DNA of 64,000 nucleotides from Candidatus Saccharimonadota bacterium (GCA_002726935.1 PBTC01000014.1:66218-130217), one strand, 5' to 3'; positions 29,449-39,726 are shown, counted from the stretch's first letter. Numbers and translations are program-made. The notes: generated from the sequence alone by a model not told the origin.

Positions 29449-29883
29449 ATGGCCAAGCTGACCCCTGAACAAAAAGCGCAAAACAAAATTCACACGAAGG
29501 CACGAGATGCCGCTTTCCGAGAGCGCAAGCGCGCTTATGATGCTGCTGTCAAGAAGGCCGAAGCAGACCTTCTGGAAACATCAGAGCATAAGTTGATGGC
29601 CGATGCTGCCGCGCGATTTGAATCCGCTCTTTCAGAGCGAGAGCGTCGTCGCAGTGAGATTCAGAATCAAATTTGGGCGCTTCAGGAAAAAATCAAGTCC
29701 TTGGAGGCTACGCTTGGCGTTGCCGATCTCAATGCTGCGCGCATTGAGACTAACAAGACGTTTTTCCATCTCAAGGCGGCCAAGATGACGGAGGTGGCCG
29801 CCCAGTTCCCCGATGTGGCCAACCTCTATTCAGCGGCCCATTGGGAGGCTTTGGGGCACTACAACCCCAGCGCGCCTAAATGA
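29449..29883 (+). CDS. Coiled-coil hypothetical protein
   Basis: Helical, charged sequence. Confidence 0.6.
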   Translation: MAKLTPEQKAQNKIHTKARDAAFRERKRAYDAAVKKAEADLLETSEHKLMADAAARFESALSERERRRSEIQNQIWALQEKIKSLEATLGVADLNAARIETNKTFFHLKAAKMTEVAAQFPDVANLYSAAHWEALGHYNPSAPK

Positions 29884-29934
29884 CCATTAAATGCAAAGTG
29901 TCCGTAATTCTTTTTCATTTTTAAAGGAAAGTGT

Positions 29935-30252
29935 ATGAAATCCGAGCGAAACGTCATTAAAAATGTCAATAACAAGTATGCCGTCATCAACCTCAGAAAA
30001 GTTGATGGTAATCCACAAACTCCTCAAGAGTTGCTCGAAGCCATCTCAAAAAATCCAGAGAGCGTTGAATTTGGCCTCGAAAGTTCCCAAGATGAATTTT
30101 GGCTGATCAAACTGAGAGACAAGTACGCCGCAGTGGCTTTGCAGGCTTACGCCGATGCTGCGCGTGCTGACGACCCTGAGTACGCCGACATGGTTGATCA
30201 AAAGGTGAAGCGTGCTGGGCCAAATAGTGCTTTTTGTAAAGCTCCAGACTAA
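29935..30252 (+). CDS. Hypothetical protein
   Basis: ORF with AAGGA SD; FWLIKLRDKYAAVALQAYADAA. Confidence 0.65.
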   Translation: MKSERNVIKNVNNKYAVINLRKVDGNPQTPQELLEAISKNPESVEFGLESSQDEFWLIKLRDKYAAVALQAYADAARADDPEYADMVDQKVKRAGPNSAFCKAPD

Positions 30253-30272
30253 GCGGTCTTTCTAAGGTTCGT

Positions 30273-30309
30273 AAAAAGCCCGCTAGATTGTCGTCTAAGT
30301 GGGCTTTTT
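30273..30309. terminator. Bidirectional Rho-independent terminator
   Basis: AAAAAGCCCGCTAGA-ttgtcg-TCTAAGTGGGCTTTTT between convergent genes. Confidence 0.75.
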
Positions 30310-30337
30310 CTTTTCAACTTAGATCAGCCTGGAACGC

Positions 30338-31153
30338 TCACTGCTCAACGTTCAACTTGATTTTGAAGCTGGTGTTTTGAAGAACCGATGAAACCTCATC
30401 AACAAAAACTTCTTGCATCAAAGTTTGCACCGCAGAAACGGTCTGTAGCTTATATCCGATTACTACATTTGGCCCCAAATTGAAATGCATGCTGAATTTA
30501 GCGAGAGCTACTTTCACTCGACCCAAGAATGGTGTGCTCTCCTCAAGCGTCTTAAGGCCGACTTCAACCTCGCTGATGTAGTCCGTTTGAACAAAGAAGT
30601 CTATGTACAGTGCCTGAATGTAGGCCTCAATTTCTTTGACGTCCTCAGCTTTCCTCGCAGATGGACCTCCTGGGAGCTGTTTCATTTCATTCAGAACCTT
30701 TTCGATCTCGCTAATCAGTGTTTCTCCGTCCTCGAACATCCAAGGCAGCCACTGGGTTTCACACCAGTGCGAATCATCTTGATTTAGGCCTTCCAAGACC
30801 CGATCGTTGTTCACATCTTCCTTGTCAACAAACATGGGTTTGCGCAAGAACGGTGTCCGGTTGTGCAACACAGCCTGCGCGGCCTGAGAAGCGGTCTTCT
30901 TGCTCACCCTAGCGCCAAGACCTACCAAGGAGTCATAAACCAGGGCGGTGGCAGCCTTGCGCTTTCTGGGGTTAAACCCAGGAAATGCGAGTTTTTGCAC
31001 CATGAGCTTTTCGTGCAATGCCAATAGATGGGAATGTTTAACTTTCTGAACACCCTGCTCTATGAGCTTTTCGCTTAAACTGTGAGCAAAAGAACGGGCG
31101 TAGATTGGATTGGTGACTTTCATGGTCTGTACCTTTTCAAAATAGATGGCCAT
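30338..31153 (-). CDS. Hypothetical protein with a weak copy of the N-terminal helical module
   Basis: ARSFAHSLSEKLIEQGVQKVKHSHLLAL. Confidence 0.65.
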   Translation of the reverse strand: MAIYFEKVQTMKVTNPIYARSFAHSLSEKLIEQGVQKVKHSHLLALHEKLMVQKLAFPGFNPRKRKAATALVYDSLVGLGARVSKKTASQAAQAVLHNRTPFLRKPMFVDKEDVNNDRVLEGLNQDDSHWCETQWLPWMFEDGETLISEIEKVLNEMKQLPGGPSARKAEDVKEIEAYIQALYIDFFVQTDYISEVEVGLKTLEESTPFLGRVKVALAKFSMHFNLGPNVVIGYKLQTVSAVQTLMQEVFVDEVSSVLQNTSFKIKLNVEQ

Positions 31154-31357
31154 TCGAAATCAATTCGATCGTTGAGCCGCTCGCAGATCTCAAACAGGCC
31201 TGTCTAAAAGAAAAAGCACACAGGTGAAGTCAGAGTTTTACCCAGCCACTATTGGCCGGCGAACGATGGAAGGCGACAAGCTTTGAACAGGTGCCTACGG
31301 GCAGGAGAGACGATTTCCGTTTTCGTGCGTGATCCGTACAAAAAGATTAACACACTA

Positions 31358-31378
31358 AAAATTGCATGGTGCAATTTT
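31358..31378. promoter_or_regulatory. Perfect inverted repeat AAAATTGCA-N3-TGCAATTTT (candidate operator)
   Basis: 9-bp arms in the intergenic region upstream of 30338-31153. Confidence 0.45.
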
Positions 31379-31442
31379 CTGATTCACGTCTGATATTTTT
31401 TAGGGGCTGCGACCAGACTTCAATGCACCCCCTATTTCTCCG

Positions 31443-31925
31443 TCACATAGCCAGATTTTTTCCAGGTAGCTTGGATGGCGCCGAGATCCCCATGTCTTTT
31501 AGATAGTCGACCAGAGGAATATACGGATCACGCGAGTCGTCAGGCTGGATGAACGCCTTGCTGTGCGGCACCTGGGCCTGAAGCGCCGTAACAACCTCAG
31601 TCATGATTTCCACCGAGTGTCCAAAGTGCCCAAGGAAAAGCGTCACGGCGTGATCCCCTTTGTCTCGATGGTCGTAGTCGACATCGAAGAACGCCTTAAG
31701 CACTCTATTTCTCCCGTCTTCCTCGGTGAAGCCAAAAGAAATGCTTTTTGAGTGGGGGCGAAGCTCAGCCTCCACTGTTGCGCTTGTCGGCAGGTTTGGC
31801 CCTGGCGACTTTTGAAGGCAATGTGGCGACTTTTGCAGCACATCCTTGATGACTGCGCCTAAGACAAAGGGATCCTTGTCCTCTTTGCTTTCCAATACCA
31901 GTACGCCTTTTGTGTCGACACCCAT
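31443..31925 (-). CDS. Hypothetical protein; C-tail SKLPGKNLAM
   Basis: ORF with GAGGA SD. Confidence 0.65.
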   Translation of the reverse strand: MGVDTKGVLVLESKEDKDPFVLGAVIKDVLQKSPHCLQKSPGPNLPTSATVEAELRPHSKSISFGFTEEDGRNRVLKAFFDVDYDHRDKGDHAVTLFLGHFGHSVEIMTEVVTALQAQVPHSKAFIQPDDSRDPYIPLVDYLKDMGISAPSKLPGKNLAM

Positions 31926-31967
31926 GATCTTTTCCTCGTTATCGTTTGTTCGCGGCCTGTTGCCAGG

Positions 31968-32390
31968 TTAAAGACTGACGCCTAGTAGCTCTTTTGCGTA
32001 GCTTACACTTCCTGAAATCTCTGCTTTGATGTGCTTGTCACCCGCCAAAGCCCGACCATACAGGCGGTGGTTTCCGTCGTCGAGAATCCAGGTCACATGG
32101 CAGATGCCAGGGATGCCCACGTCAATATGAACGGGGTCGTAGTCGGATTGTGTCGCGAAATACGCGCACCGGCGAGCATGATCGTTAATCAAATCGGCTC
32201 GGCTTGGTTTTTTACTATCAACCGGTTCGCTTAGTACGTCGCCAGTCTTAATGAAGCCGTTCACCTTGTTAAGAAAGGTCTCTGGGTGACAGCCCAACCC
32301 CCAGGGCGGCGACTTGAGCACATCTGCCAGGGCAAGAAGCCGGTTAGTCGCCACAAGATGGTGTTTTACGCAGATCGCACCTTCGGTCAT
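31968..32390 (-). CDS. ParB/Srx-like domain protein
   Basis: ILDDGNHRLYG motif. Confidence 0.55.
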   Translation of the reverse strand: MTEGAICVKHHLVATNRLLALADVLKSPPWGLGCHPETFLNKVNGFIKTGDVLSEPVDSKKPSRADLINDHARRCAYFATQSDYDPVHIDVGIPGICHVTWILDDGNHRLYGRALAGDKHIKAEISGSVSYAKELLGVSL

Positions 32391-32448
32391 TCGATTTTCC
32401 TTTTTGCTGTTGGTGGTAAGGCGAGCGCATGGCTCGCCCCAATGATCC

Positions 32449-33363
32449 TTAGTCGTTTTGGTCGAGATTTTCCTCGTCCGTTTCGCCCTGGTTCATTTCA
32501 TATTGGTTTTTCACCCACTCTTTGTAAGACAGCCTTGTGTCGCCATTCGAGATTTCATAGTTCCAATCTTCGACGGGGTACTTTGTGTCTGATTCCCAGT
32601 GATCCATCGCATCGATACGAGCGAATTCTTTTTCAAGGGCGCTCTGTTCTACTGGAGCGCTGAATGCTTTTTGAAATTGCTCGATTAGTGCCGAATCGCC
32701 CTTGCCATCCATGTATAACAAGCTGCTTTCAGTAACCGGTACAGCGTTGGCTGATGCTAACAAGGCTCCCATTTTCTCTGGCATATCGGGATCATCTTTT
32801 GGATTTACATGGAACATTCCCACAAAGACCCTTCCGTTTTGAACGACCGGCTCCAAGTTGTCATCTTGCGGCAGATCCGAGTGTGACAAGGAAAACGGTG
32901 TGAACCCGTCCAAATGTTCAACTAGGTCCTGAACAAAAGCACCGTCAAGCGAATCCTCATCGGATGGTTGGGCAATCTCGCCGGTAAATGCGTTCAATGC
33001 GCGGTGAAGGATCAGGTCTGGCATGTCGTCGAGCACGCCATTTGATTCTTGAAGAAGCTTGTAAGTCACCTCTAGCAAGGCTGAAAATCCATCCGTGGCT
33101 CGGACGAGCGTGGTGAAAGGCTGCCCATTGTCGTGGTAGTGGCCCACAACGTGCCAGGTGAATCCGCCGTGAAGCATAGCATCGGCGCTTGCCGTATGGG
33201 CTGATTTGTTTGCCGCTGCGTGCATGTTGCGCTCACCCATGATTTTGGCGGCCAGTGCTTTAGCAGACTGCAGGCTCATGTTTTTGTTGGTGGATTCTTT
33301 TACGGCTTGACGAATAACATTGGTGATCTGATCGAGTTGGTTCATTGCTTTCTCCATTTGCAC
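32449..33363 (-). CDS. Protein with shared N-terminal helical module
   Basis: MSLQSAKALAAKIMGERNMHAA; acidic C-terminal domains. Confidence 0.7.
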   Translation of the reverse strand: MQMEKAMNQLDQITNVIRQAVKESTNKNMSLQSAKALAAKIMGERNMHAAANKSAHTASADAMLHGGFTWHVVGHYHDNGQPFTTLVRATDGFSALLEVTYKLLQESNGVLDDMPDLILHRALNAFTGEIAQPSDEDSLDGAFVQDLVEHLDGFTPFSLSHSDLPQDDNLEPVVQNGRVFVGMFHVNPKDDPDMPEKMGALLASANAVPVTESSLLYMDGKGDSALIEQFQKAFSAPVEQSALEKEFARIDAMDHWESDTKYPVEDWNYEISNGDTRLSYKEWVKNQYEMNQGETDEENLDQND

Positions 33364-33527
33364 CGATTGGTAGGGGTTCGCGTTGCCAACCTGAGCGCAT
33401 TGTGGATAAATGAATCAACGTTGCTTTCAAGTGTAGCGGCTGATGCCTAAGTCTTTGCGAACTGCGGGGAGCCATCCCGGTTAATCAAGGTTTATCCTTT
33501 AACGACCTTAACCACGACCGTTTAATA

Positions 33528-33556
33528 ATGATACACCTTTAACTAGATAAAGTCAA
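33528..33556 (-). promoter_or_regulatory. Sigma70-like promoter TTGACT-17-TATCAT
   Basis: Minus-strand hexamers, followed by TATTAAACGGTCG. Confidence 0.65.
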
Positions 33557-33646
33557 TCATTATGGAAGCGTATGTGCAAAGAAAAAGCGGCCCAAAGGCC
33601 GCTTTCGATTTTTCCATAAAGCTTTTAGCTCACTGTGCGGACTGTC

Positions 33647-33841
33647 TCATTGCCACTGGTGGCGAGGCGGAAGGAAAGCGCCGAGCTTCCTTTCAACAAA
33701 TAGGCGAGCACTTGGTTCGTCAGACGGGCAGCCATGATTCACCTCCCCATAATGCGAACGAAAAATGCTTGGGTCTCTGGGGTTGTTCGCCCTAGCCACC
33801 CAATACACCAGGTCCTGACCACTGAGATCAGAGGTCTTCAT
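33647..33841 (-). CDS. Small NinX/DUF2591-like protein
   Basis: MKTSDLSGQDLVYWVARA N-terminus. Confidence 0.5.
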   Translation of the reverse strand: MKTSDLSGQDLVYWVARANNPRDPSIFRSHYGEVNHGCPSDEPSARLFVERKLGAFLPPRHQWQ

Positions 33842-34509
33842 GATTTAGCCACCTCACCCGCAAGATATTTTTCGGTGTCGTAGGTCTTTAGGGCTTTTGC
33901 TTTTATTCTCTGGTCTTCTTTGGCAATCGCTGATCGATGCTCTGGACGAAATAGACTTCCATCTACCACGATTACTCCAGCATGATAAGCCTTCGAATCA
34001 TCAAAGAAGGTCCCACCAAAAAGGCAGTTCCCCGCTTTCATACTGTTAAATAGAGCTTTCAGTTTCCTGATATTCTTCGGGCCGCTGACAGCGATTGCGA
34101 AGGACGATTCATCCCACCCCCCGAGGCACTCTTGTTCCCCAATGAGGCCGCTAAAGGGTCCTAGTTCTCGAATAGCCCAGTTCGGTGCAGCGCCGTAAAT
34201 GATGGCAGCGCATTCCGAATCACCCTCTTTGTATTCGTGGAACTCGATTTCTTCGACATTGCGAATTGACTTTCTCTCTGCGATCGATTTGAATTCGAAG
34301 TCTTCGGGCTTTGCAATTAGGCCGGACTCTATGGCGCTTCGAAATTCTGTCACGAGCTGATTTTGGGTTTTGAATTCAGGACACAGCGCGATCTGCATGG
34401 CGTTGGTTCCGCCCTCGTGCTCTGCACAGGCATCAGCACCGGTCGAAAACCCCAACATATTGCCCTTTCGGTCAAAAATCAGTTTCGGATCACAACCCTT
34501 TCTAAGCAT
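33838..34509 (-). CDS. Hypothetical protein
   Basis: LGFSTGADACAEHEGG; GGWDESSFAI. Confidence 0.7.
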   Translation of the reverse strand: MLRKGCDPKLIFDRKGNMLGFSTGADACAEHEGGTNAMQIALCPEFKTQNQLVTEFRSAIESGLIAKPEDFEFKSIAERKSIRNVEEIEFHEYKEGDSECAAIIYGAAPNWAIRELGPFSGLIGEQECLGGWDESSFAIAVSGPKNIRKLKALFNSMKAGNCLFGGTFFDDSKAYHAGVIVVDGSLFRPEHRSAIAKEDQRIKAKALKTYDTEKYLAGEVAKS

Positions 34510-34726
34510 AATCTATCCTCTTGGGTCTGAGTTTTGGCATTCCGACCATAAGTTCCCTTGTTGTGACGTGAGTCATTAAAGTCTTAGATCATCAATTTCT
34601 GCCTCTGCAGAACAGATGCTCTCGCAAACGGCTCCGCTTTACGCAGTTTTAATTATGTTATTTTAATAATAAACGTTGTATTTATTAAAGTCAACTAAGC
34701 ATCTTTGCTGCATCCTCTAAAATTTT

Positions 34727-34930
34727 TCATTTTGATTTTAGTTGCTCGATTTCTGTGCGCATACCCAATCCTCCTTGGGCGCAAACCAAATCAAGGGCTT
34801 CCATGTGGGTGATGTCTTCTCGACCAGCGAGATCTTTCGCCTGTCTTTTGATCTTCTGGATTCGTGTTGCAGTGATTCTTTCGCTAGATGCAGCGAAGTC
34901 TGGTGTGTGTTTGTTGATGCTATTCGTCAA
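34727..34930 (-). CDS. Stand-alone copy of the N-terminal helical module (67 aa)
   Basis: KIKRQAKDLAGREDITHMEALDLVCAQGG. Confidence 0.6.
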   Translation of the reverse strand: MTNSINKHTPDFAASSERITATRIQKIKRQAKDLAGREDITHMEALDLVCAQGGLGMRTEIEQLKSK

Positions 34931-35059
34931 GTGAATTCCTTAAGCCCAAATACCCCCGCCAGATACATGAGCAGAATCACATTGAACAGGTAGTGAGTGT
35001 CTCTAAGCGACTGCGAACAATCCAAAATTCACTCACATACCCGAATTTCACGGAAGTTT

Positions 35060-35674
35060 TTAGCCTTTTTCTTGATCCCGGATTCCTTGTTTGTTTTCTT
35101 CTTGTGGTTGGTCGATCTCCTTAAGCGCTACACCCGGACCTTTGACCCTGAACTCATGCATGTCGAGCATTCCGCCAATCTTAAGGAACATCCCTTCATT
35201 AGCTTGAGGCCCGTTTTTAATCAAGAGAATGACAGATTCATCGTGCGCGTCATAGACCCTCTGCAATCCCTCGTAGTACCACTTCTCCTCAATAAGAGTG
35301 GCGCGCGCCTTCTCAATGGCGTTAAGAGTAGCGACTCTTACTTCCTCGTCTTCTACATTCTCGGAAAGCCACACGGAGGCCATTGACGACCCTTTCAAGG
35401 CCGCTGTTGCTGTCTGAATGGTGTTGAGTGCGTCAACCAAGCATGAACGTAGTTCCGCGCTTGATTTCTCTTCCTTCGTCACGCCTGAGGATGCCCTTAA
35501 CTCGTCGCATGCTTCGAGTCGATCCATGTCTTCGACTTGTTTTTTGACTATGGCATCTACTCTGTCTTGGGGTAGAGCGTCGATGGCTTCTCGGTAAGGG
35601 GCAAGATCTACAATGGCTCCGACACATAGTGCTGTAGTAAATCCGAGAGTTAATAGTGTTTTTTTGCCAATCAT
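35060..35674 (-). CDS. Exported/membrane-anchored helical protein, tandem paralog A
   Basis: N-term MIGKKTLLTLGFTTALCVG; homologous to 35732-36349. Confidence 0.7.
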   Translation of the reverse strand: MIGKKTLLTLGFTTALCVGAIVDLAPYREAIDALPQDRVDAIVKKQVEDMDRLEACDELRASSGVTKEEKSSAELRSCLVDALNTIQTATAALKGSSMASVWLSENVEDEEVRVATLNAIEKARATLIEEKWYYEGLQRVYDAHDESVILLIKNGPQANEGMFLKIGGMLDMHEFRVKGPGVALKEIDQPQEENKQGIRDQEKG

Positions 35675-35706
35675 TTTTTTCCTTCGTTTGCCTTAAAAAA
35701 ATTTAT

Positions 35707-35752
35707 CCGAGCCGCCGTAAAAACCCGTCCTTTAGGGTAGGGAGGGTGTCAA
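35707..35752 (+). mobile_element. IS200/IS605-like single-hairpin mini-element/scar, copy 2
   Basis: TTAT|CCGAGCCGCCGTAAAAACCCGTCCTTTAGGGTAGGGAGGGTGTCAA; supplies the stop codon of 35732-36349. Confidence 0.6.
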
Positions 35753-36349
35753 GGTGGACTCATTGATTAGTGCCTCTCTCAGCCAATCAATCTGCTTGTA
35801 GGTCACTTCTGGGGACCTAACGCTGAATTCAGCCTTATCGAGTCTATCGGCGATCTTAAAAAACATGCTCTCTTCGGATTGCGGGCCGTTTTTTGCCAGT
35901 AGTATCAAGGAGTCATTGTGTGCTCGCGCCAGTTGTGTCAAGCCGTCGTAGTAAAACTTTTCCTCAATCAGGTTGGTCCTTCCTTTTTCAATAGCCTTCA
36001 GTGCGACGTCTCTCGCCCCCTCGTCTTCTGGGTGTTCTGAAAGCCAAGTGGATGCCATCGCGGCGCCAAAAACCGCCCCAAATGAAGTCTGGGTTTCCTT
36101 CAGGGCGTCAACCAGACAAGTACGCAGCTTTTCGCTAGATTCTTCGCTCCGCGTTTCAGCGATTACGCCCTTGATTTGGCTGCATAGTCCTAAACGTCCA
36201 ATATCTGAACTTTGTTTGTCCTGAGTCGCTTCCAGTCGCACTGTTTGAAACGTGTTGATGGCTGCTTGGTAGGATGCAAGGTCTACGATCACTCCAATAC
36301 ACAATGCCGCAGTGAACCCAAGAATGAATAGCATTTTTTTTCCAGTCAT
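35732..36349 (-). CDS. Exported/membrane-anchored helical protein, tandem paralog B
   Basis: MTGKKMLFILGFTAALCIG; homologous to 35060-35674. Confidence 0.7.
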   Translation of the reverse strand: MTGKKMLFILGFTAALCIGVIVDLASYQAAINTFQTVRLEATQDKQSSDIGRLGLCSQIKGVIAETRSEESSEKLRTCLVDALKETQTSFGAVFGAAMASTWLSEHPEDEGARDVALKAIEKGRTNLIEEKFYYDGLTQLARAHNDSLILLAKNGPQSEESMFFKIADRLDKAEFSVRSPEVTYKQIDWLREALINESTLTPSLP

Positions 36350-36370
36350 GTTTTGTCTCCTTAGTTGATC

Positions 36371-36775
36371 TTACTCATTTTCATGATTCTTTTCTTCGTC
36401 TGGTTTTGGCTGCTGGTCAGACAGGTCGGCCAGTTCAGACAGAGTTCGCACAATTGCATGTCTAAGGCCTTCTTCCTTTCCGAGCTTGGCCACCTCGGGC
36501 TTTCCAAGGTGTTTGATCAGTAGGTTGTGGTGCATCTGCACCAGCTCGTACTCGGCTGCCAGTGACAAAGCCAGCGCCGAATTTTCCAAGGGGTTCCACG
36601 GGCGAAGATTGTGAGGGCCAAAAATCCTTTCGACACCGGCTTGGAACCTCGGGCCATCGCCCACATACCACTTTCGACCTTTGGCGTTTTTCCACTTCTG
36701 TATCTCGAACCATCGGGCCTGCACACCATGAAAAGCAGCAACCCTCTCCAAGAGTTTTTCGTCTTTTTTTCTCAT
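36371..36775 (-). CDS. Hypothetical protein
   Basis: WNPLENSALALSLA segment (NinX-like, weak). Confidence 0.55.
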   Translation of the reverse strand: MRKKDEKLLERVAAFHGVQARWFEIQKWKNAKGRKWYVGDGPRFQAGVERIFGPHNLRPWNPLENSALALSLAAEYELVQMHHNLLIKHLGKPEVAKLGKEEGLRHAIVRTLSELADLSDQQPKPDEEKNHENE

Positions 36776-36787
36776 TTCACCCAGCCC

Positions 36788-38047
36788 TCATTCCTTACGG
36801 ACCGCTCCGCATTCAACCAAGATCCCCAACAAATAATCTCCTCCCAGTGCGATCCTCATCAGGTGCGCTCTTTCCAAGGGGGTGATTGTGTGGTTTGAGA
36901 TCCGATCGATTAAATCTGGTGGCCTGGGAACAAAGGCATGGCCCATGAGGGTCTCCATGAGTACCTCGGGGGTCTTGTAGTATTGCAGGTCATTCTTGAC
37001 CGAATCGAAAATGAAGTCTGGATGCTTAGGCGGTTCTGCGCCCCCAGACCGGAGTTTTTCTCCTTTTTTGATGATCTCAATTACCCTGGCGGTGGCCTTG
37101 TCGGCATCCATGCTCCAAATTTCTTGGGTTCGGAGTTGCAGTTGATCTAGAGACACGTTGTACGCGGATGAGCTTTTCTCAGTATTAAATACGAATGCCA
37201 TTGGCCCATCGGGTTTGGCGTTGGCATTTTTGTTAAAGATGGGATAAAACGCTGGATGCAGCGGGGTCTCTCCGTCTGAAAACTTCTTGTAGTCTTTTTT
37301 TGGATCCATCAAGAGAGAACTTTTGGTTGGGTCACCCAAGGCGTCTTCGCCCTCAATGCTGTTGCCCATAAGACTTACCGTTAAGTCGGTCGTTAACCCT
37401 GTTCTCGAAATACACAGCAGGCGTGAGCCAATAGGCGTTGTCAGGAGTAGATTCCAAACGGTTTCTGCCTCCTCTCTTTTTACTGCTTCGTTTTTTTTCA
37501 CTGTGTAGGATCGACTTTCCACTAGGGAGGCGAGCATGAAAAAAGGCTCAGCATTAGAGGGTACGAACATCTTTCTGTACTTGGAGTTTGGCAAAAACAG
37601 GCTATGCAAAAAGTTCGTCAGCGCGCCAGCCATCCTTGCTCGGTGAAAGATGCCTTCAAAAAATGGGTTTTCCAGCTCATATCCGCATGAGATTGCTACA
37701 CGATCAGTGTGCGCCGGCTCTAGCCCGCTCTGTTCTCGCAGCAGCTTTGCCTGAGCCAGGATGCCTGCAATCGCTTTCCCATCTAAAGACGTCTTTTGCT
37801 CATTTCGGGCTTCTTGCCAGCTCTGGCCAAGAGCCTCCAGTTCAGTGAGTGTGTACTGTTCGGTGAATGCCACTGAATGGATTTCTTCGACATATCCCTT
37901 GTTCGGATCAAGCTCGATCCCCTGTAGTGGTTCAAGCACGTTCTTGATGATCGCAAGCGACCTGGACACCAATGTGTCCTGGAACGTATCGATCATGTCG
38001 CTCTCGATCAGTGATGGATTGATTCGAACTCTTTTTTCTTGGTTCAT
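36788..38047 (-). CDS. Hypothetical protein (419 aa)
   Basis: Long ORF. Confidence 0.7.
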   Translation of the reverse strand: MNQEKRVRINPSLIESDMIDTFQDTLVSRSLAIIKNVLEPLQGIELDPNKGYVEEIHSVAFTEQYTLTELEALGQSWQEARNEQKTSLDGKAIAGILAQAKLLREQSGLEPAHTDRVAISCGYELENPFFEGIFHRARMAGALTNFLHSLFLPNSKYRKMFVPSNAEPFFMLASLVESRSYTVKKNEAVKREEAETVWNLLLTTPIGSRLLCISRTGLTTDLTVSLMGNSIEGEDALGDPTKSSLLMDPKKDYKKFSDGETPLHPAFYPIFNKNANAKPDGPMAFVFNTEKSSSAYNVSLDQLQLRTQEIWSMDADKATARVIEIIKKGEKLRSGGAEPPKHPDFIFDSVKNDLQYYKTPEVLMETLMGHAFVPRPPDLIDRISNHTITPLERAHLMRIALGGDYLLGILVECGAVRKE

Positions 38048-38119
38048 TTTCTTCTTCCGTATTCGCTTTGCTCTAAGGCACTACGGGGCACGGTCTACAG
38101 CAGACTGGCCTCCTTTAAT

Positions 38120-38359
38120 CTACTTAACCGGGTGGCTAGCGATTTTTACTGCCTTCTGAATAGACCTCTGAAGGTCTTCCTTGTTGACCCCTGCGCTTCC
38201 CATCCAGATGGCACCAATCTTTGCGCCCTCTTCAAGGTATACGTTAAAAGGCTCCCCCTTCTTGATATTCGGCGAGACCGTAGCTCTTTTGACGCCGCCA
38301 TATTGGGTGATGTCGAAATCGTGAAAGCCGTTACTTGTAGAGACAAGGGTGGTGTTCAT
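38120..38359 (-). CDS. Small hypothetical protein
   Basis: ORF with GGAG SD. Confidence 0.55.
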   Translation of the reverse strand: MNTTLVSTSNGFHDFDITQYGGVKRATVSPNIKKGEPFNVYLEEGAKIGAIWMGSAGVNKEDLQRSIQKAVKIASHPVK

Positions 38360-38425
38360 CTTTAGCTCCGCGCTGTGCGCTTAATTGTTCGTTTCGCGGG
38401 CAGCTTGTTGGGCGGCCCGCTTGTT

Positions 38426-39004
38426 TTAGATTTCTTCAGGTGTTGGAATAAACCATGCCGGCATGTTCGAATCGGTAAGCCGATTCATGAGCTTCTCGAC
38501 TTCTTTTGGTGCTGAATCCTTGTCAAGTAAGATTGCGCTCTGGCTCATGTACTGAACCACCGTGCCCTGCGATGCAGCGTGCATGCTAAACAGAGGCTCG
38601 TCGATGTCGTCAGCACGGTAAATGATCACGCGCGGAAGCCCCCCGTCCATTTCCACGGTGACTTGAATCGATGTCTCGGGGGAGTCTTCGCTGGCAAGAC
38701 GTACTGACACATAATCATTGCCCTGGAGAACTTCATACGTTCCGCAGCCGCCACTCATCGCCGCTTCCCATGCGGAAAGCTCGCCGTTAATCGCACCGGA
38801 TGAGGATTTCGAGTTGGTGGGGGGGAGCATGCCGTCTTGGCTTGTGCTAGCGGTCTGATAGTCTTTGTATCCGGCCAGGATGGCTGCTTGCTCGAGTGCC
38901 CTGGCTCTGGTGAGCTTTCTTTTGGATTGAGCTGCGAATTCTTGAAGCAAGTCTGCTTGTTTGTGCAGGGCGCTTTTTGCGTTTGTTTCTTGAGTCATAT
39001 TCAA
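38426..39004 (-). CDS. Protein with shared N-terminal helical module
   Basis: LHKQADLL...LTRARALEQAAILAGYKDYQTA. Confidence 0.7.
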   Translation of the reverse strand: MNMTQETNAKSALHKQADLLQEFAAQSKRKLTRARALEQAAILAGYKDYQTASTSQDGMLPPTNSKSSSGAINGELSAWEAAMSGGCGTYEVLQGNDYVSVRLASEDSPETSIQVTVEMDGGLPRVIIYRADDIDEPLFSMHAASQGTVVQYMSQSAILLDKDSAPKEVEKLMNRLTDSNMPAWFIPTPEEI

Positions 39005-39224
39005 TTTCCTTTAGGTTTTTGGCCTCGAAGTCCTTGCGTTGCTTCAGGCCTCATTAAAAGAAATGAATGGCACAGAAGGTTGATTGCATTTGATTTCGTT
39101 CACCATACGGATGATCCGTGCAAGGGGTGGGAGTACAAGCCTAGGCTTGTGTTGAAACCTTTCCCAAGAGATCGGTGCTACGGGACACCTGTTTTACATG
39201 AACTCTCTCGGATCCATGTAAATA

Positions 39225-39253
39225 ATGATATCATGCTAATTATAAATATGCAA
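39225..39253 (-). promoter_or_regulatory. Sigma70-like promoter TTGCAT-17-TATCAT
   Basis: Minus-strand hexamers about 220 nt upstream of 39004. Confidence 0.6.
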
Positions 39254-39299
39254 TATAAATTCGTTTTCCATGCGCTCTATTTAGTTTGAGGGGTTTGCC

Positions 39300-39719
39300 G
39301 TGAAGAAGATTGAACAGGATTTCAGTATTTCAGAGAGCCTTGACCTTTCCCCAGGCGTTCATCATTTCGTGCTCGGCGCGTCCACGATCGCCTATTCGGT
39401 CTGGGAGTCAGACAACTCGATTCTGTTGCAATCGCTTCGAACCACGACATCTGAGAGGAAAAAGGGCAGTGCCAGGGCTGCAATGGTCGAGTTCCTGCGA
39501 CTTGCTGATCAGGTTGGCATGGACATCGACTTGGGTGCCTCGCCTCTAACCAAGGACGTGAGGTTGGGGCGCCTCGTTGCCTTTTATCAGTCGCTTGGGT
39601 TTGAACTGACAGGGCGCTCGATTAATCCCGCAGGTGATCCACAGATGATTCGAAAGGCGGCGGTGGCTTGCAAATCGGCTCCTGGAATCGCAATGAAAGC
39701 CAAGCCCCCTTCCTTCTGA
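39300..39719 (+). CDS. GNAT-like acetyltransferase; C-tail KAKPPSF
   Basis: SERKKGSARAAM acetyl-CoA loop; LVAFYQSLGF. Confidence 0.7.
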   Translation: MKKIEQDFSISESLDLSPGVHHFVLGASTIAYSVWESDNSILLQSLRTTTSERKKGSARAAMVEFLRLADQVGMDIDLGASPLTKDVRLGRLVAFYQSLGFELTGRSINPAGDPQMIRKAAVACKSAPGIAMKAKPPSF

Positions 39720-39726
39720 TCTATTG

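Noticed and set aside
34650-34695. AT-rich palindromes in several promoters as a shared operator
   Set aside because: The arms differ between promoters and are expected by chance at this AT content
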